Below, piece after piece: positions 11,516 through 24,280 of a DNA stretch of 64,000 bases (the stretch's first letter is position 1; the number at the start of each line of letters is the position of its first letter). Both the position numbers and the translations under genes were made by a program. The stretch comes from Malacoraja senta. Lineage: Eukaryota. Below the pieces are notes generated by a model. It searched no databases. It was not told where the DNA came from and saw only the letters and a program-made list of their open reading frames with translations. Location: assembly GCA_038087875.1 (NCBI GenBank), contig CM075993.1, positions 4,156,001 through 4,220,000 of the forward strand. The letters run 5' to 3'.

Positions 11516-12589
11516 TATCACTTACGAACATGAACGAACGCACACACACACACACACGCCTCGTTGAGGAGAAGCAGCATGCAATGCTGAAGTAGACTTG
11601 ATGGGCCGGATGGCCTAATGTTATTATCACTTATGATCTTATGAGCGGTCAGAGCGAGGTGGTCGGGTCGGGATGATGTGGAGATGAACCCTGAGGGTGA
11701 GTCGGAGCCTCCGCGGACAAGAGCGGGAGTGGCTGAGGTCGGGTCAGTATGTGATGAGGTCGGAGCCTCTATAACTAAGAGGGACCCGGCGTGGGGGGGT
11801 GGGGGGGGGGTTGGTCTCGGTGCCTATCTAGGTAAAAGTGACATTAAAAAAATCATCATCATCAAATCGCCATGCAGACTGTTTTCTAAGATGGCGATGT
11901 GTCTGAAACACGGGAGCACGGTGTGACTGTGGCAGCCAGTAAATGGGACATGGGAACAACTTCGTCCTAATGGCTGCTTAACTTGTCGTGGCTTTGGCTG
12001 AATATTTAATGCCCAAATTCCTGAGGGATATTGAAAAGGGAATGCAGAGTTTGCTATTGATTTCGGTTCCAAGACTGAAGCTGGGTATTAATGACATTCA
12101 GCAAACAGACAGGGCTGGACAAAAAACACAACACATTTCCCCCTCATTGTGATCACTTATTTCCCGCACGCTAAACACTAGCTTGGTTCGGTGGCCGGTG
12201 TTTGGGGCAACTGCTGCTCATAGTCACCAGTTGCCCCAAACGCCGAACGAGGTCTGATTGACCCGGACGATGACACGTTGGCCTGGCTCGCCTCAACGGA
12301 GCTGCAGGTCTAAAAGACACACAACAGAATGGAAACAGGCCCATCGGCCCACGTCGGCCATCGATCATCCATTCATACTAGCTCTATGTTATCCCACTTT
12401 CACAACCACTCCCTGCACATCTGGGCCAATGTTACAGAGACCACTTCACCTACAAAGCCTTGGCCTACCTGCTGCTGAACCTCTCACCAACATCAATCTT
12501 ACCACAGACTTGATTTTGTTTTTTCAAAGCCTCCTGGACTCCCTTGGTCACAGAGAAGGTGTCTATAAACAGTCCAAAACTTTAGAATG

Positions 12590-12720
12590 TAGAAACAAGG
12601 AACTGCAAATGCTGCTTTACACAAAGGGACACAAAGTGCTGGAGTAACTCAGCGGGTCAGACGACATCTCTGGAGAACATTGATAGGTGACGTTTCGGTT
12701 CGGGACCCTTCTTCAGACTG
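12590..12720 (-). mobile_element. Penelope-derived hammerhead-motif module
   Basis: gacgtttcggttcgggacccttcttcag = reverse of ctgaagaagggtcccgaaccgaaacgtc. Confidence 0.75.
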
Positions 12721-12749
12721 ATTCTGACCAAGCACGTCAACACTGTTGG

Positions 12750-13000
12750 GACTGCACAGTGGCGCAGCGCCAGAGGCCCAGGTTCGATCCTGACTTTGGG
12801 TGCTGTCTGCGTGGAGTTTGCCCGTTCTCCCCGTTTCCTCTGGGTGGCCTGGTCTCCTCTCACAAGACTTGCGCGTTTGTGGGCTAATTGGCCTCTGTAA
12901 ATCGCCCTTAGTGTGTAGGGAGTGGATGTGAAAGTGGGATAACATGGAACGGTTGACCAAGAGTGGGCTGAAGGGCCTGTTTCCATGCGGTATCTCAATT
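12750..13000 (+). mobile_element. V-SINE (older subfamily)
   Basis: A/B boxes, V-domain, gggctgaagggcctgtttcc tail. Confidence 0.75.
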
Positions 13001-14391
13001 CAGTCAATCTTGGCCTTGCACTCCACACATCCATTAATTGCTGCATGAGCTAAGTCCACATTTGACATCAGTGCGAAGGAGGGCGCAGCAACAAGAAATT
13101 GTATTTCTATAATATCTTTAACATTTTATTACAGAAGCCCTCTTGCAATTGGTAAAATGGCAGTAATTGTTAATCTGCAATTTAAAATCAAAACAAGCAT
13201 GGAGGATGGGTTTGAATAGTCGTTAAAGAGGTTTCCTGAGCAGTTTGCTTCTTCCTCTGACCTTGGGGCTAAGTGAAGACAGCTGCTATTATTTGAGATC
13301 CCAATTACAGAAATGTTCTGTTTGTCTTTTCACTCTGCATTGCTATCACTGAACCGTTGATGGTATTTGTCAAGGTAAATTGGACTGATTTGGCCAAAGT
13401 CATGAAACAAATAGGCTGCAGATGCAGCCAATTGACAAAATATTAAGACACTGTGGTCTGTGATGGCTCCGTGATTCGTGTGTTGTCCCATGTCCCGCAA
13501 AGGAGATCTGACAGTATGTAAACAAAATGCTAATATGTTGCCTGCTTGGTCACCGGAAGATGTGGGGGACAGTGGTCCTGTTTGCAAACGTCATTAGATT
13601 AATTGGGTGCAGAGGAAAGCAGAAGTTATCCAAATAATACACTGGGTGGCTGATGTTTAAGAAGGAACTGCAGATGCTGGAAAAATCGAAGGTAGCCAAA
13701 AATGCTGGAGGAACTCAGCGGGTGAGGCAGCATAGAAACTGACCCTTTGAGTCAGTTTAGTTTAGAGATACAGTGCGGAAACAGGCCCTTCGGCCCACCG
13801 AGTCCGCGCCGACCAGCATCTGCAGTTGCTTTCTACACCACCTGAACCTGGTGCGGTACAAATCAGAACAGGACCTCAGATTGAGCCGGCCGGATCAGTC
13901 AAAACGCCCACTCAGGCAGTGAGTGTAAACGGGACCTGCTCGAGCTTCCAGTTTGGACGAGATTCATCTGTTCAAGGGAATGGGTGTTGACACCCTCAAG
14001 CAATCAGCAGGCACGCCAAACCATCTGACTTGCTAATTCACTCAATCTTGCTTTCATTATCACTCGGACAGATTGTATTTTCACACAGGGGTCCTGGGAG
14101 AGATGGCTTCCTCCTGCGCAGAGCATCGAGAGCTCAGTGTGTACATTGTGCCAACACAGGGGAAGGATGGATGGATGTGTGCAATAATGATCACTGGTAA
14201 TGAGGAAGGGACCAGTGATGCTGGGATCTCACCGGTGTTCCATGATGAGTCTTCACACTTGTTAGTGAAGCAGCAGACAGGGTCTTTTTCTGGCGAATTA
14301 ACGACAGTATTGCCAGGGAAGTACGATTCAGCGGAATAGAAAAGGCACTCTTGGTTTCAGCAAATAAAGACGCAAAGTACCGGAGTAACTT

Positions 14392-15025
14392 CGGGCGGCA
14401 GGGTGGCGCAGCGGTAGAGTTGCTGCCTTAAAGCCCTGTCCCACGGTACGAGTTCATTCAAAGAGCTCTCCCGAGTTTGCCCTGATTCGAACTCGGACAT
14501 TTACGGTAATGGCCACTCGTCGGTACTTGGGGTTCTCGTGGACATTTTTCAACGTGTTGAAAAATCTTCACGAGTCTTCCCGAGCTTACCTTCCGTTAGC
14601 GAGTCTTCCCGAGTACCTGCCGTTAGTGTTACCAGCCGCGAAGAGACGTCCCCGAACTCCGACGTACCCGCTACGTTCATTCTCCGTGCTTACCACGAGT
14701 TTGATTTTTTTAAAACTCGGGAGAGCTCTTGGAATGAACTCACACCGTGGGACAGGGCCATTACAGCGGCAGTAGACCCGGGTTCGATCCCGACTACAGG
14801 TGCTGTCTGTACAGAGTTTGTACGTTCTCCCCGTGACCGCGTGGGTTTTCTCCGAGATCTTCAGTTTCTTTCCACATTCCAAAGACGTGCAGGTTTGTAG
14901 GTTAATTGGCTTGTGAAAAGTGTCAATTGTCCCTAGTGGGTGTAGGATAGTGTTAATGTGCGGGGGTCGGTGCGGACTCGGTGGGCCGAAGGGCCTGTTT
15001 CCGCGCTGTATCTCTAAACTAAACT
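14392..15025 (+). mobile_element. V-SINE interrupted by a MITE and itself inserted in a Penelope-derived palindrome (~14368-15195)
   Basis: SINE consensus gctgcctta|cagcg split at 14430/14761; host module split at taact. Confidence 0.85.
14431..14760. mobile_element. Harbinger-like MITE with TTA TSD
   Basis: TIR gccctgtcccacggt / accgtgggacagggc; TTA at 14428-14430 and 14761-14763; empty site known from other SINE copies in window. Confidence 0.9.
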
Positions 15026-15279
15026 AACTCAACGGGTCAGGCAGCATCTCTGGGGAACATGGATAAGTGACGTTTCGGGTTGGGACCTGAAATGTTGCCT
15101 ATCCTTGTTCTCCAGAGATGCTGACTGACCCGCTGAGTTACTCCAGCACTGTGTCTTTTTTTGTAAACCAGTACCTGCAGTTCCTTGTTTCTACTTCTCA
15201 GTATTAGCAAAATCTATAAACCTAAGACAACATTAATTTATAAAGTATGTTTAACATAGTAAACTGACTGAAGTGACAG

Positions 15280-15875
15280 GGCCTTCCTTTAGGAAGGAGA
15301 TGAGGAGGAATTTATTTAGTCAGAGGGTGGTGAATCTGTGGAATTCATTGCCACAGAGGGCTCTGGACACCGTCAATGGATATTTTTTAAGGCAGAGATG
15401 GATAGATTCTTGGTTAGTATGGGTGTCAGGAGTTATGTGGTAAAGACAGGAGAATGCGGTTAAGAGGGAAAATAACATCAGCCATGATTATGGAGGAGTA
15501 GACTTAGAAACATAGAAACATAGAAAATAGGTGCAGGAGGAGGCCATTTGGCCCTTCGAGCCAGCACCGCCATTCATTGTGATCATGGCTGATTGTCCGC
15601 AATCAATAACCCATGCCTGCCTTCTCCCCATATCACTTGACTCCACTAGCCCCTAGAGCTCTATCTAACTCTCTCTTAAATCCATCCAGTGATTTGGCCT
15701 CCACTGCCCTCTCTGGCAGGGGATTCCACAAATTCACAACTCTCTGGGTGAAAAAGTTTTTTCTCACCTCAGTCTTAAAAGGCCTCCCCTTTATTCTAAG
15801 ACTGTGGCCCCTGGTTCTGGACTCGCCCAACATTGGGAACATTTTTCCTGCATCTAGCTGGTCCAGTCCTTTTAT
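15280..15875. mobile_element. Two CR1-type LINE 3' fragments in opposite orientation (minus copy ~15506-15875)
   Basis: ORF 15633-15911(-): GESRTRGHSLRIKGRPFKTEVRKNFFTQRVVNLWN; (agaaacat)n tail. Confidence 0.85.
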
Positions 15876-16344
15876 ATGATGGGCCGAATGATCTAATTCT
15901 GCTCCTATCACTTATGACCTTATGAAGTGCATCATGGTGCAGCACTGAACAAGATTTGATGCTAAACGCAAGTGGAGATATTACAGCAGATTACCAAATT
16001 GGAGTTTAAAGAACATCTTAAAAGAAGAGGGAGAGGAGGCAGGGAGAGGATTCCCGAGCCTATGCTCTTGGCAGCTGAAGCCACCGCTGCCAATGCCGAT
16101 TGGTTACATTTAAAGATAGGTTTCTTATTTAGGTTTCTTATTTCCACATATACCGAGGTACAGTGGAACAACTTTGTGTTGCATGCTATCCAAACAGTTC
16201 AGATAATACCATACAATGGCCGGAATTGGTGAGTGCAGAGGTCTTGGGAAAGGTCCCTCTCTTATCCCAACCTTCCTATTTCCAAATCCCTATCCCAGTA
16301 TCCAGTGATGCAATGCTCAGTAATTTTAATGTTCCCAATACTGA

Positions 16345-16755
<411 letters not shown>

Positions 16756-17302
16756 TAGCTCTGACCCTCGAGTCCTGGCAACATTCCTCTCGTGATTTTA
16801 TACACGGTCGCTAACGGATGAACAGAACACAAATCAAGTATTGAAGGGACAGGATAGTCTGACACTCTGATAGTTTGAAGATTTCTACAGAAGCATAGCT
16901 CGAAATAGAATTTCATTTCCACAGTCATTTCTTTACAGAATCTGTCATTAAGAACTGTGTGGGAGGTGTGTAAATATTTGCTTTTGATTTGAATAGCATT
17001 TGTTGCATTTTACCCAGTTACAAATAGTTTCGGGTTTCCTCGCTCTCTCATTAGTTTCATGCCTGTTCCCCACCCGAGAGTTGGTATTAATAATCAGTTT
17101 AACGCGCTCATATCATCCTGTGAACCCAGGCTTTAGCAATGAAGATTTCAAAACACAAAGTGGCACTAATGTATTATGCACAGTGATGTGCAGAAATCTA
17201 GCAAAGCTTTCCAGAGGTGAGGACAAGTAGGCATCAGAGTGGTCATTCCTCGGCCAGTTGGAAATGTTTTTGGAACTCAGAGTGGTAGAATCACACAGCA
17301 TG

Positions 17303-17565
17303 AAACGAGAGATTGAGACGGTGATATAGAGAGATATAGAACAAATGGATGCAAGATATGCAAAAAAGTAATGATGATAAAGGACACCGGCCATTGTTAG
17401 CTGTGGGTATCTACAGATACAAGGCACAGACAATGAGACTCCTCAACAAGACGACTTCAAAGCTAGTACGACTTGGGTGGGGGAAGGACAGAGAGAGAGA
17501 GAGGGATAGCAAGGGTTACTTAAAGTTAGAGAAGCCAATATTCATACTGCTGGGTTGTAAGCTGA
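17303..17565 (-). mobile_element. Penelope-like element fragment (GIY-YIG C-terminus plus 3' region)
   Basis: Reverse complement matches plus-strand fragment 49195-49430 (cccagc..tatgaatattg..ttctctaac). Confidence 0.75.
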
Positions 17566-17582
17566 CATTTGGCCACACTCAT

Positions 17583-18870
17583 AGTGACACTCACTCACTG
17601 ACTGACTGACTCACTCACTCACTCACTCATTCACTCACTCACTCACACACACTCACTCACTCACTCACTCACTCACTCACTCACTTTCACACTCACTCAC
17701 TCTCACTCTCACACTCACTCACTCACACACTCACTCACTCACACTCACTCACTTTCACACTCACTCACTCACTCACTCACTCACTTTCACACTCACTCAC
17801 TCTCACTCTCACACTCACTCACTCACTCACACACTCTCACTCTCACACTCACTCACTCACACACTCACTCACTCACTCACACACTCTCACTCTCACACTC
17901 ACTCACTCACACACTCACTCACTCACACTCACTCACTTTCACACTCACTCACTCACTCACACACACTCACTCACTCACTCACACTCACTCATTCACTCTC
18001 ACTCTCACACTCACACTCACTCACTCACTCACACACACTCACTCACTCACTCACACTCACTCATTCACTCTCACTCTCACACACACCCACTCACACACTC
18101 ACTCACTCACTCACACACACTCACTCACTCACTCACACTCACTCACTCACTCTCACACACACCCACTCACTCACTCACTCACTCACTCACACACACTCAC
18201 TCACTCACACTCACTCATTCACTCTCACTCTCACACTCACTCACTCACTCACACTCACTCACTTTCACACTCACTCACTCACTCACACTCACTCACTCAC
18301 TCTCTCACTCACTCATTCACTCTCACTCTCACACACACCCACTCACTCACTCACTCACTCACACACACTCACTCACTCACACACACTCACTCACTCACAC
18401 TCACTCATTCACTCTCACTCTCACACTCACTCACTCACTCACACACACTCACTCACTCACACACACTCACTCACTCACACACACTCACTCACTCACACTC
18501 ACTCATTCACTCTCACTCTCACACTCACACTCACTCACTCACTCACTCACTCACTCACTCACTCACACACACTCACTCACTCACACACACTCACTCACTC
18601 ACACTCACTCATTCACTCTCACTCTCTCACACTCACTCACTCACTCACTCTCACTCTCACTCTCACACTCACTCACTCACTCACTCACTCACTCACTCAC
18701 TCACTCACTCTCACACTCACTCACACCCACTCACACTCACTGACTCACTCACTCTCACACTCACTCACACCCACTCACTCTCACTGACTCACTCACTCTC
18801 ACACTCACTCACACTCACTCATTCACTCTCACACTCACTCTCACACTCACTGGCACACTCACTCACTCTC
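17583..18870. repeat. Degenerate (CACT)n/(CA)n microsatellite, ~1.3 kb
   Basis: Directly visible. Confidence 0.97.
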
Positions 18871-19000
18871 ATATCTCTCGTTCCCTTCTCTCCTGACCCT
18901 CAGTCCGAAGAAGGGTCTCGACCCGAAACCACACCTATTCCTTCTCTCCAGAGATGCTGCCTGACCCGCTGAGTTTCTCCAGCTCTTTGTGCCCATCTTC
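18871..19000 (+). mobile_element. Penelope-derived terminal module
   Basis: atatctctcgttccc...ccgaagaagggtctcgacccgaaac...ccagc. Confidence 0.75.
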
Positions 19001-19196
19001 ACTGACTCGAATAAAATCACTCAATGAATTTGAGGTAATGCAAGGCACAGCCGGACACACGGGGAACAGTGTGTGTCAACAACGCACGACAGCTAACAGA
19101 GTCTGATTGCACTAAGTCACAGCAAACAGAGCTAATGTCAAAACCACAGTAAATTCCCCTGATAAAAACAGGATTAAAGCAGTGAATGGACGATAG

Positions 19197-19667
19197 ATTC
19201 CTGGGATGGCAGGACTTTCATATGAAGAAAGACTGGATAGACTCGGCTTGTACTCGCTAGAATTTAGAAGATTGAGGGGGGATCTTATAGAAACTTACAA
19301 AATTCTTAAGGGGTTGGACAGGCTAGATGCAGGAAGATTGTTCCCGATGTTGGGGAAGTCCAGAACCAGGGGTCACAGTTTAAGGATAAGGGGGAAGTCT
19401 TTTAGGACTGAGATGAGAAAATCATTTTTCACACAGAGAGTGGTGAATCTGTGGCATTCTCTGCCACAGAAAGTAGTTGAGGCCAGTTCATTGGCTATAT
19501 TTAAGAGGGAGTTAGATGTGGCCCTTGTGGCTAAAGGGATCAGGGGGTATGGAGAGAAGGCAGGTACAGGATACTGAGTTGGATGATCAGCCATGATCAT
19601 ATTGAATGGCGGTGCAGGCTCGAAGGGCCGAATGGCCTACTCCTGTACCTATTTTCTATGTTTCTAT
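19197..19667 (+). mobile_element. Young CR1/HER1-type LINE 3' fragment
   Basis: Uninterrupted ORF 19206-19577 ending GYGEKAGTGY*; nearly identical to copies at 25484 and 34005. Confidence 0.92.
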
Positions 19668-19784
19668 GATAGTTGAATTGACGTGCATGAAATCCCACCC
19701 TGGTCACACACAATTCAGATGTAGTTGGCGGGGTTAATAACCCGATCATCTCCATTCTGGCGTGGACTTGGTGCGTTGTTATCA

Positions 19785-20372
19785 AGAGTCAAGAATGTTT
19801 TATTGTCAGGTGTCCCAGATAGAACAATGACATCCTTACATGCAGCAGCACAACAGAAGATGGGAACATAGTACACTGTAAATAATATTTGAGGTTGTAG
19901 TATTTAATAGCCTGATGGCTGTAGGGAAGGAGCTGTTCCTGAACCTGGACGTTACAGTTTTCAGGCTCCTGTACCTTCTTCCCGATGGCAGGTGTGAAAT
20001 GAGTGTGTGGCCAGGATGGTGTGGGTCTCCGATGATGCTGGCTGCCTTTTTGAGGCAGCGACTCCTGTAGATTCCTTAGAGCCGCTACCACCCCAGCAAC
20101 GGACTGTCCCAGCTGCTGTGGTCAGGCAAGCGCCTCCGCTGTCACACTGAGAAAACAGAGAGGATGAGTCGGAGTTTCTTCCCACAGGCCATTGGGACTG
20201 TAAACTCTAATCTCACCAGGGACTAATTCACTGTTGTGTTGTATCTTTTTTAAAATGTAAATACTGGTTCTGTTCTGCTGTTCTGCACAATCCCGCAGGC
20301 ATTGCCACTTTCATTTCACTGCACATCTTGTCTGTGTATGTGACAAATAAAGTTGACTTGACTTGACTTGAC
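19785..20372. mobile_element. Rex-Babar-type LINE 3' fragments (minus ~19785-20075; plus ~20080-20372)
   Basis: Minus strand encodes LPSGRRYRSL; plus piece ends aataaagttgac(ttgac)n. Confidence 0.6.
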
Positions 20373-20759
20373 GGTGGGGAGGTCACAACCCGGCAGCGTT
20401 CACAACTTTTTGCAGTCTTCTTCGCTCCTGGGTAAGCTTTATGAAACTAACCCAGACTCTAAAACTGTAGAGAACAGGAAGTAACAGAAAAAGGTCACAC
20501 AGTGCTGGAGAAACTCAGCAGGTCAAGCTGCATCTCTGAAGAGCATGGATAGGTGACGTTTTGGGTCGGAACCCTTCTTCCGATTCCGTCTGTATAAACC
20601 ACCATTTGCAGTTCCTTGTTTCTACTAGGGAATAACAGAAGCTGGGAAAGGGCCAGTGAACAAGCTGATTTCCTTTTTTCATTCCCAGTAGTTTCCCTCC
20701 TCTATCTAAAAACACCAAGAATGTTGTTTGTGATGCCTCTGATTGTCTTTGTTTCATTG

Positions 20760-21215
20760 TCACATTGTCATAAGGTCATAAGTGATAGGAGCAGAATTTG
20801 GCCATTTGACCCATGAAGTCTACTCCGCCATTCAATCATGGCCGATCTATCTCTCCCTCCTAATGCCATCCACCTGCCTTCTCCCCATAACCCCTGACAC
20901 CTGCACCAATCAAGAACCCATCTATCTCTGCCCTAAAAATACCCATTGACTTGGCCTCCACAGCCTTCTATGGCATTGAATTCCACAGATTGACCACCCT
21001 CTGACAAAATAAATTCCTCCTCATCTCCTTCCTAAAGGAACGCCCTTTAATTCTGAGGCTGTGACCTTTAGTCCTAGACTCTCCCACTAGTGGAAACATC
21101 TTTTCCGCAACCACTCTATCCAAAGCCTTTCACTATTCGGCACGTTTCAATGAGACCCCCCCCCCCTCATTCTTCTAAACTCCAGTGTGTACAGGCCCAG
21201 CGCTGTCAAACGTTC
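20760..21215 (-). mobile_element. CR1-type LINE 3' fragment (older subfamily)
   Basis: Reverse of SRTxGHSLRIKGR...RVVNLWNS motif. Confidence 0.8.
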
Positions 21216-21692
21216 CCCAAATTGTCTCCTCTCCCAGTTACATATCGTATACTTCCATGAATCCCTTGAGGTGAAACTGTTCATTTTGTACCCCCATCCT
21301 TCGCAGTTTTAGCTCTGCGTTCCCTGGGATTTGAGCCATTGATCGTCACTTTCTCGGGATCAATATTCCTCAATTCCCATCATGGTTTTGGCAAAATCAC
21401 TGTGGGAAAATACACCCAATTAAATCCCACATCTTTTTTTGGAAATGGCTTCTGGACGTACTCAAGGCGGTTGACATGACCCTATTGTTGAAGGCCGTTA
21501 CACTCGAGTGCTTGTTATTTTTACATGCGATCACAGCTTTCTGCAGCCAGATGTTGGCCCGCTGCAGTGGAGGGAAGGCAGTCAGTCAGTGCAGGCGCTT
21601 CCCAATATCCCTGGGGTTGCACTGCTGTCTTCACGAGAAGATTAACTATCCCTAATCCATAGTTCACATCCACAAAGCTCCGTAGCCACTAC

Positions 21693-22152
21693 TTGGTGAG
21701 ACCAAGCGGAGGCTTGGCGATCGTTTCGCCGAACACCTCCGGTCGGTCCGCATTAACCAACTTGACCTCCCGGTGGCTCAGCACTTCAACTCCCCCTCCC
21801 ATTCCGTATCTGACCTCTCTGTCCTGGGTCTCCTCCATGGTCACAGCGAGCAACACCGTAAATTGGAGGAAATGCACCTCATATTCCGCTTGGGCAGTCT
21901 ACATCCTGGGGCCTTGAACATTGAATTCTCCCAATTCTGCTAGCCCTTGCTGTCCCCTCCCCTTCATCAGCCCTCTGGTTGTCTCCTCCCCTCCCCCAGC
22001 CCTCAGGCTTCTCCTCCGCCTTTTTCCTTTTTTCCTTTCTTCTCCCCACCCCCTATCAGTCTGAAGAAGGGTTTCGGCCCGAAACGTTGCCTATTTCCTT
22101 CGCTCCATAGATGCTGCTGCACCCGCTGAGTTTCTCCAGCATTTTTGTGTAC
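21693..22152 (+). mobile_element. 5'-truncated Penelope-like element with 15-bp TSD
   Basis: Encodes GETKRRLGDRFAEHLRS...PVAQHFNS...RKLEE (GIY-YIG); hammerhead motif 22061-22088; TSD ctccgtagccactac 21678-21692 / 22153-22167. Confidence 0.88.
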
Positions 22153-22552
22153 CTCCGTAGCCACTACGTTGCGTGCTCTGCACTGGGAAACTTCAAGCTA
22201 GTTCGTGGACTTAATAAAATGCAATGCTTGCGGTGAAGTTGCCACGCGGCACGCTGGTTCTTTGCAAGTCTTTGCTTTCTTCCTGAGGGCTTTGTTGAAT
22301 TATTTACCAGGCTCGGCTTGGAAAACCCCGTGTGACCCTGATTTTATTTTATGTTTGCTGCGCTACTCCTTAACGCTGATGAATATTCCGAGTAATTGTT
22401 TCCAGTGGCCCCGGGCAGTTGACCTGAGCTGTCACTTGTCGAAGCTCTTACATGGAGGGGACAACAAACTCGCTGCATCCTAAAGTGTCACCCAGCTCAG
22501 AGGTGGCAGGGATGATGGTGAGGAGGAACATGACCGTATCAATCCAGACCCG

Positions 22553-23236
22553 AAGATAGACACAAAAAGCTGGAGTAACTCAGCGGGACAGGCAGCATCT
22601 CTGGAGAGAAGGAATGGGTGACGTTTTGGGTCGAGACCCTGGGTCTGAAGAAGGGTCTCGACCCGAAATATCACCCTTCCTTCTCTCCAGACTCACCTGC
22701 ACCTCCTCCAACCTCATCTATTGCATCCGCTGTTCCAGGTGTCAACTGCTCTGCATTGGTGAGACCAAGCGCAGGCTTGGCGATCACTTCGCCCAACACC
22801 TCCGCTCAGTTCGCAATAACCAACCTGATCTCCCGGTGGCTCAGCACTTCAACTCCCCCTCCCATTCCCAAGCTGACATTTCTGTCCTGGGCCTCCTCCA
22901 TGGTCAGAGTGAGGCCCAGCGCAAATTGGAGGAGCAGCACCTCATATTTCGCTTGGATCGTTTACACCCCAGCGGTATGAACATTGACTTCTTCAATTGC
23001 AGGTAGTCCTTGCTTTCTCCCTCCTCCCCCTCCCCTTCCCAGCTGTCCCACAGCCCACTGTCTCCGCCTTTTCCTTTCTTTTTCCCGCCACCCCCCCCGA
23101 AAACAGTCTGAAGAAGGGTCTCGACCCGAAACGTCGCCTATTCCTTCGCTCCATAGATGCTGCCTCACCCGCTGAGTTTCTCCAGCATTTTTGTCCACCT
23201 TCGATTTTTCCAGCATCTGCAGTTCTTTCTTAAACA
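22553..23236 (+). mobile_element. Penelope-like element: inverted terminal module, GIY-YIG endonuclease fragment, terminal module
   Basis: ORF 22614-23006: TCTSSNLIYCIRCSRCQLLCIGETKRRLGDHFAQHLRS...RKLEEQHLIFRL..LHPSGMN (CxxC + GIY-YIG). Confidence 0.9.
23108..23135 (+). ncRNA. Minimal type-I hammerhead ribozyme-like motif (best-preserved copy)
   Basis: CTGAAGA a GGGT ctcg ACCC GAAA C GTC: core boxes, 4-bp stem II, loop-less palindromic stem III; activity untested. Confidence 0.6.
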
Positions 23237-23312
23237 CTCAAACTTTCCTTGATCGGAATTTGCTGTCTTCAACTTGCACTAAACATTATTCCCTTATCAT
23301 GTATCTATACAC

Positions 23313-24280
23313 AAGGAGGGTATCAGAAGAGACTGGGAACAAGAGTTAGCTATTAAAATTTCAAAGGAAAGTTGGAATGAACACTTATTAAACGTGCATA
23401 AATGCTCGATTAATGTAAGACACACTTGAATACAATTTAAAATTTTACATAGATTATATTATTTGAAAACTAAAATTCATAAAATTTTCCCAAATGTATC
23501 ATCTATTTGTGATAAATGTCAATCACAAGAAGCTACTATAACACACTCATTCGTTTTCTGTACAAAAATTCAAAAATTTTGGAATGAAATTTTTGAAATC
23601 TTTACAAAGTTATTTAAAAGAAGACTGATACCCAAAGCAGAATGGATTATCTTCGGTATAACGGAAGATGGTCCAGAACTAAATGTGTTTCAAAAGAAAC
23701 TAATGGACTATGGGTTAATAACTGGAAAAAAGCTAATTCTAAAATTTTGGAATGAGGCTCCAATACCAATATAAATATGTGGATTTCAAACATTACACCT
23801 AGAAGAGATAAGACTCCTCCTAGCAGGTAAACCAGATCCACCTGACGTGGTCTGCATTTATAGAATTATTACAAATATAGGGTGCAAAAGTACTTAAAAA
23901 AAAATAAAAAATTGAGGTCAGGTAAGGGGGGATGCTAGTTGAAGAGTTGGTATGTCCCATTTACGTAATGCTCATAAAAATATTTGTTTCTCTCTTTTTC
24001 TTCTTTCTCTTTCTCTTTCTTTTCTAGGGTCTATTCCTTAACTCTTTTTCTTTTGTTTTTAATTTTGCTCTTATAGGGTCTTCGTTCTTTTTTGTTGTCA
24101 CATTTCCTACACTTTCACTTTTTCCTTCACTTTCTTCTTTCTTTCAATCTTTTCCTTTTCTAGTGTAAAAAATAAATGGAGTACATTAATTGTAAGAAGA
24201 TATAAATGACGAGTACTAATGTATGTGGTTGTAATGTAATGTACTTCTAATAAAGAAAAAAAGATTAAAAAAAAAAAAAA
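23313..24280 (+). mobile_element. 5'-truncated L1-clade LINE with poly(A) and 14-bp TSD
   Basis: ORF 23463-23774 has ORF2 C-terminal CxxC..H....C knuckle (CDKCQSQEATITHSFVFC) and FKILHRLY upstream; T-rich 3' UTR; aataaa then poly(A); TSD atgtatctatacac 23299-23312 / 24281-24294. Confidence 0.9.

Noticed and set aside
14087..14206. Possible plus-strand exon (ttttcacacag|...|gtaatg)
   Set aside because: Plausible splice sites but no recognisable protein in any frame and no partner exons
17179..17215. V(D)J recombination signal (cacagtg heptamer; others at 4151, 31649, 33966)
   Set aside because: No nonamer at 12/23 spacing and no Ig/TCR segments
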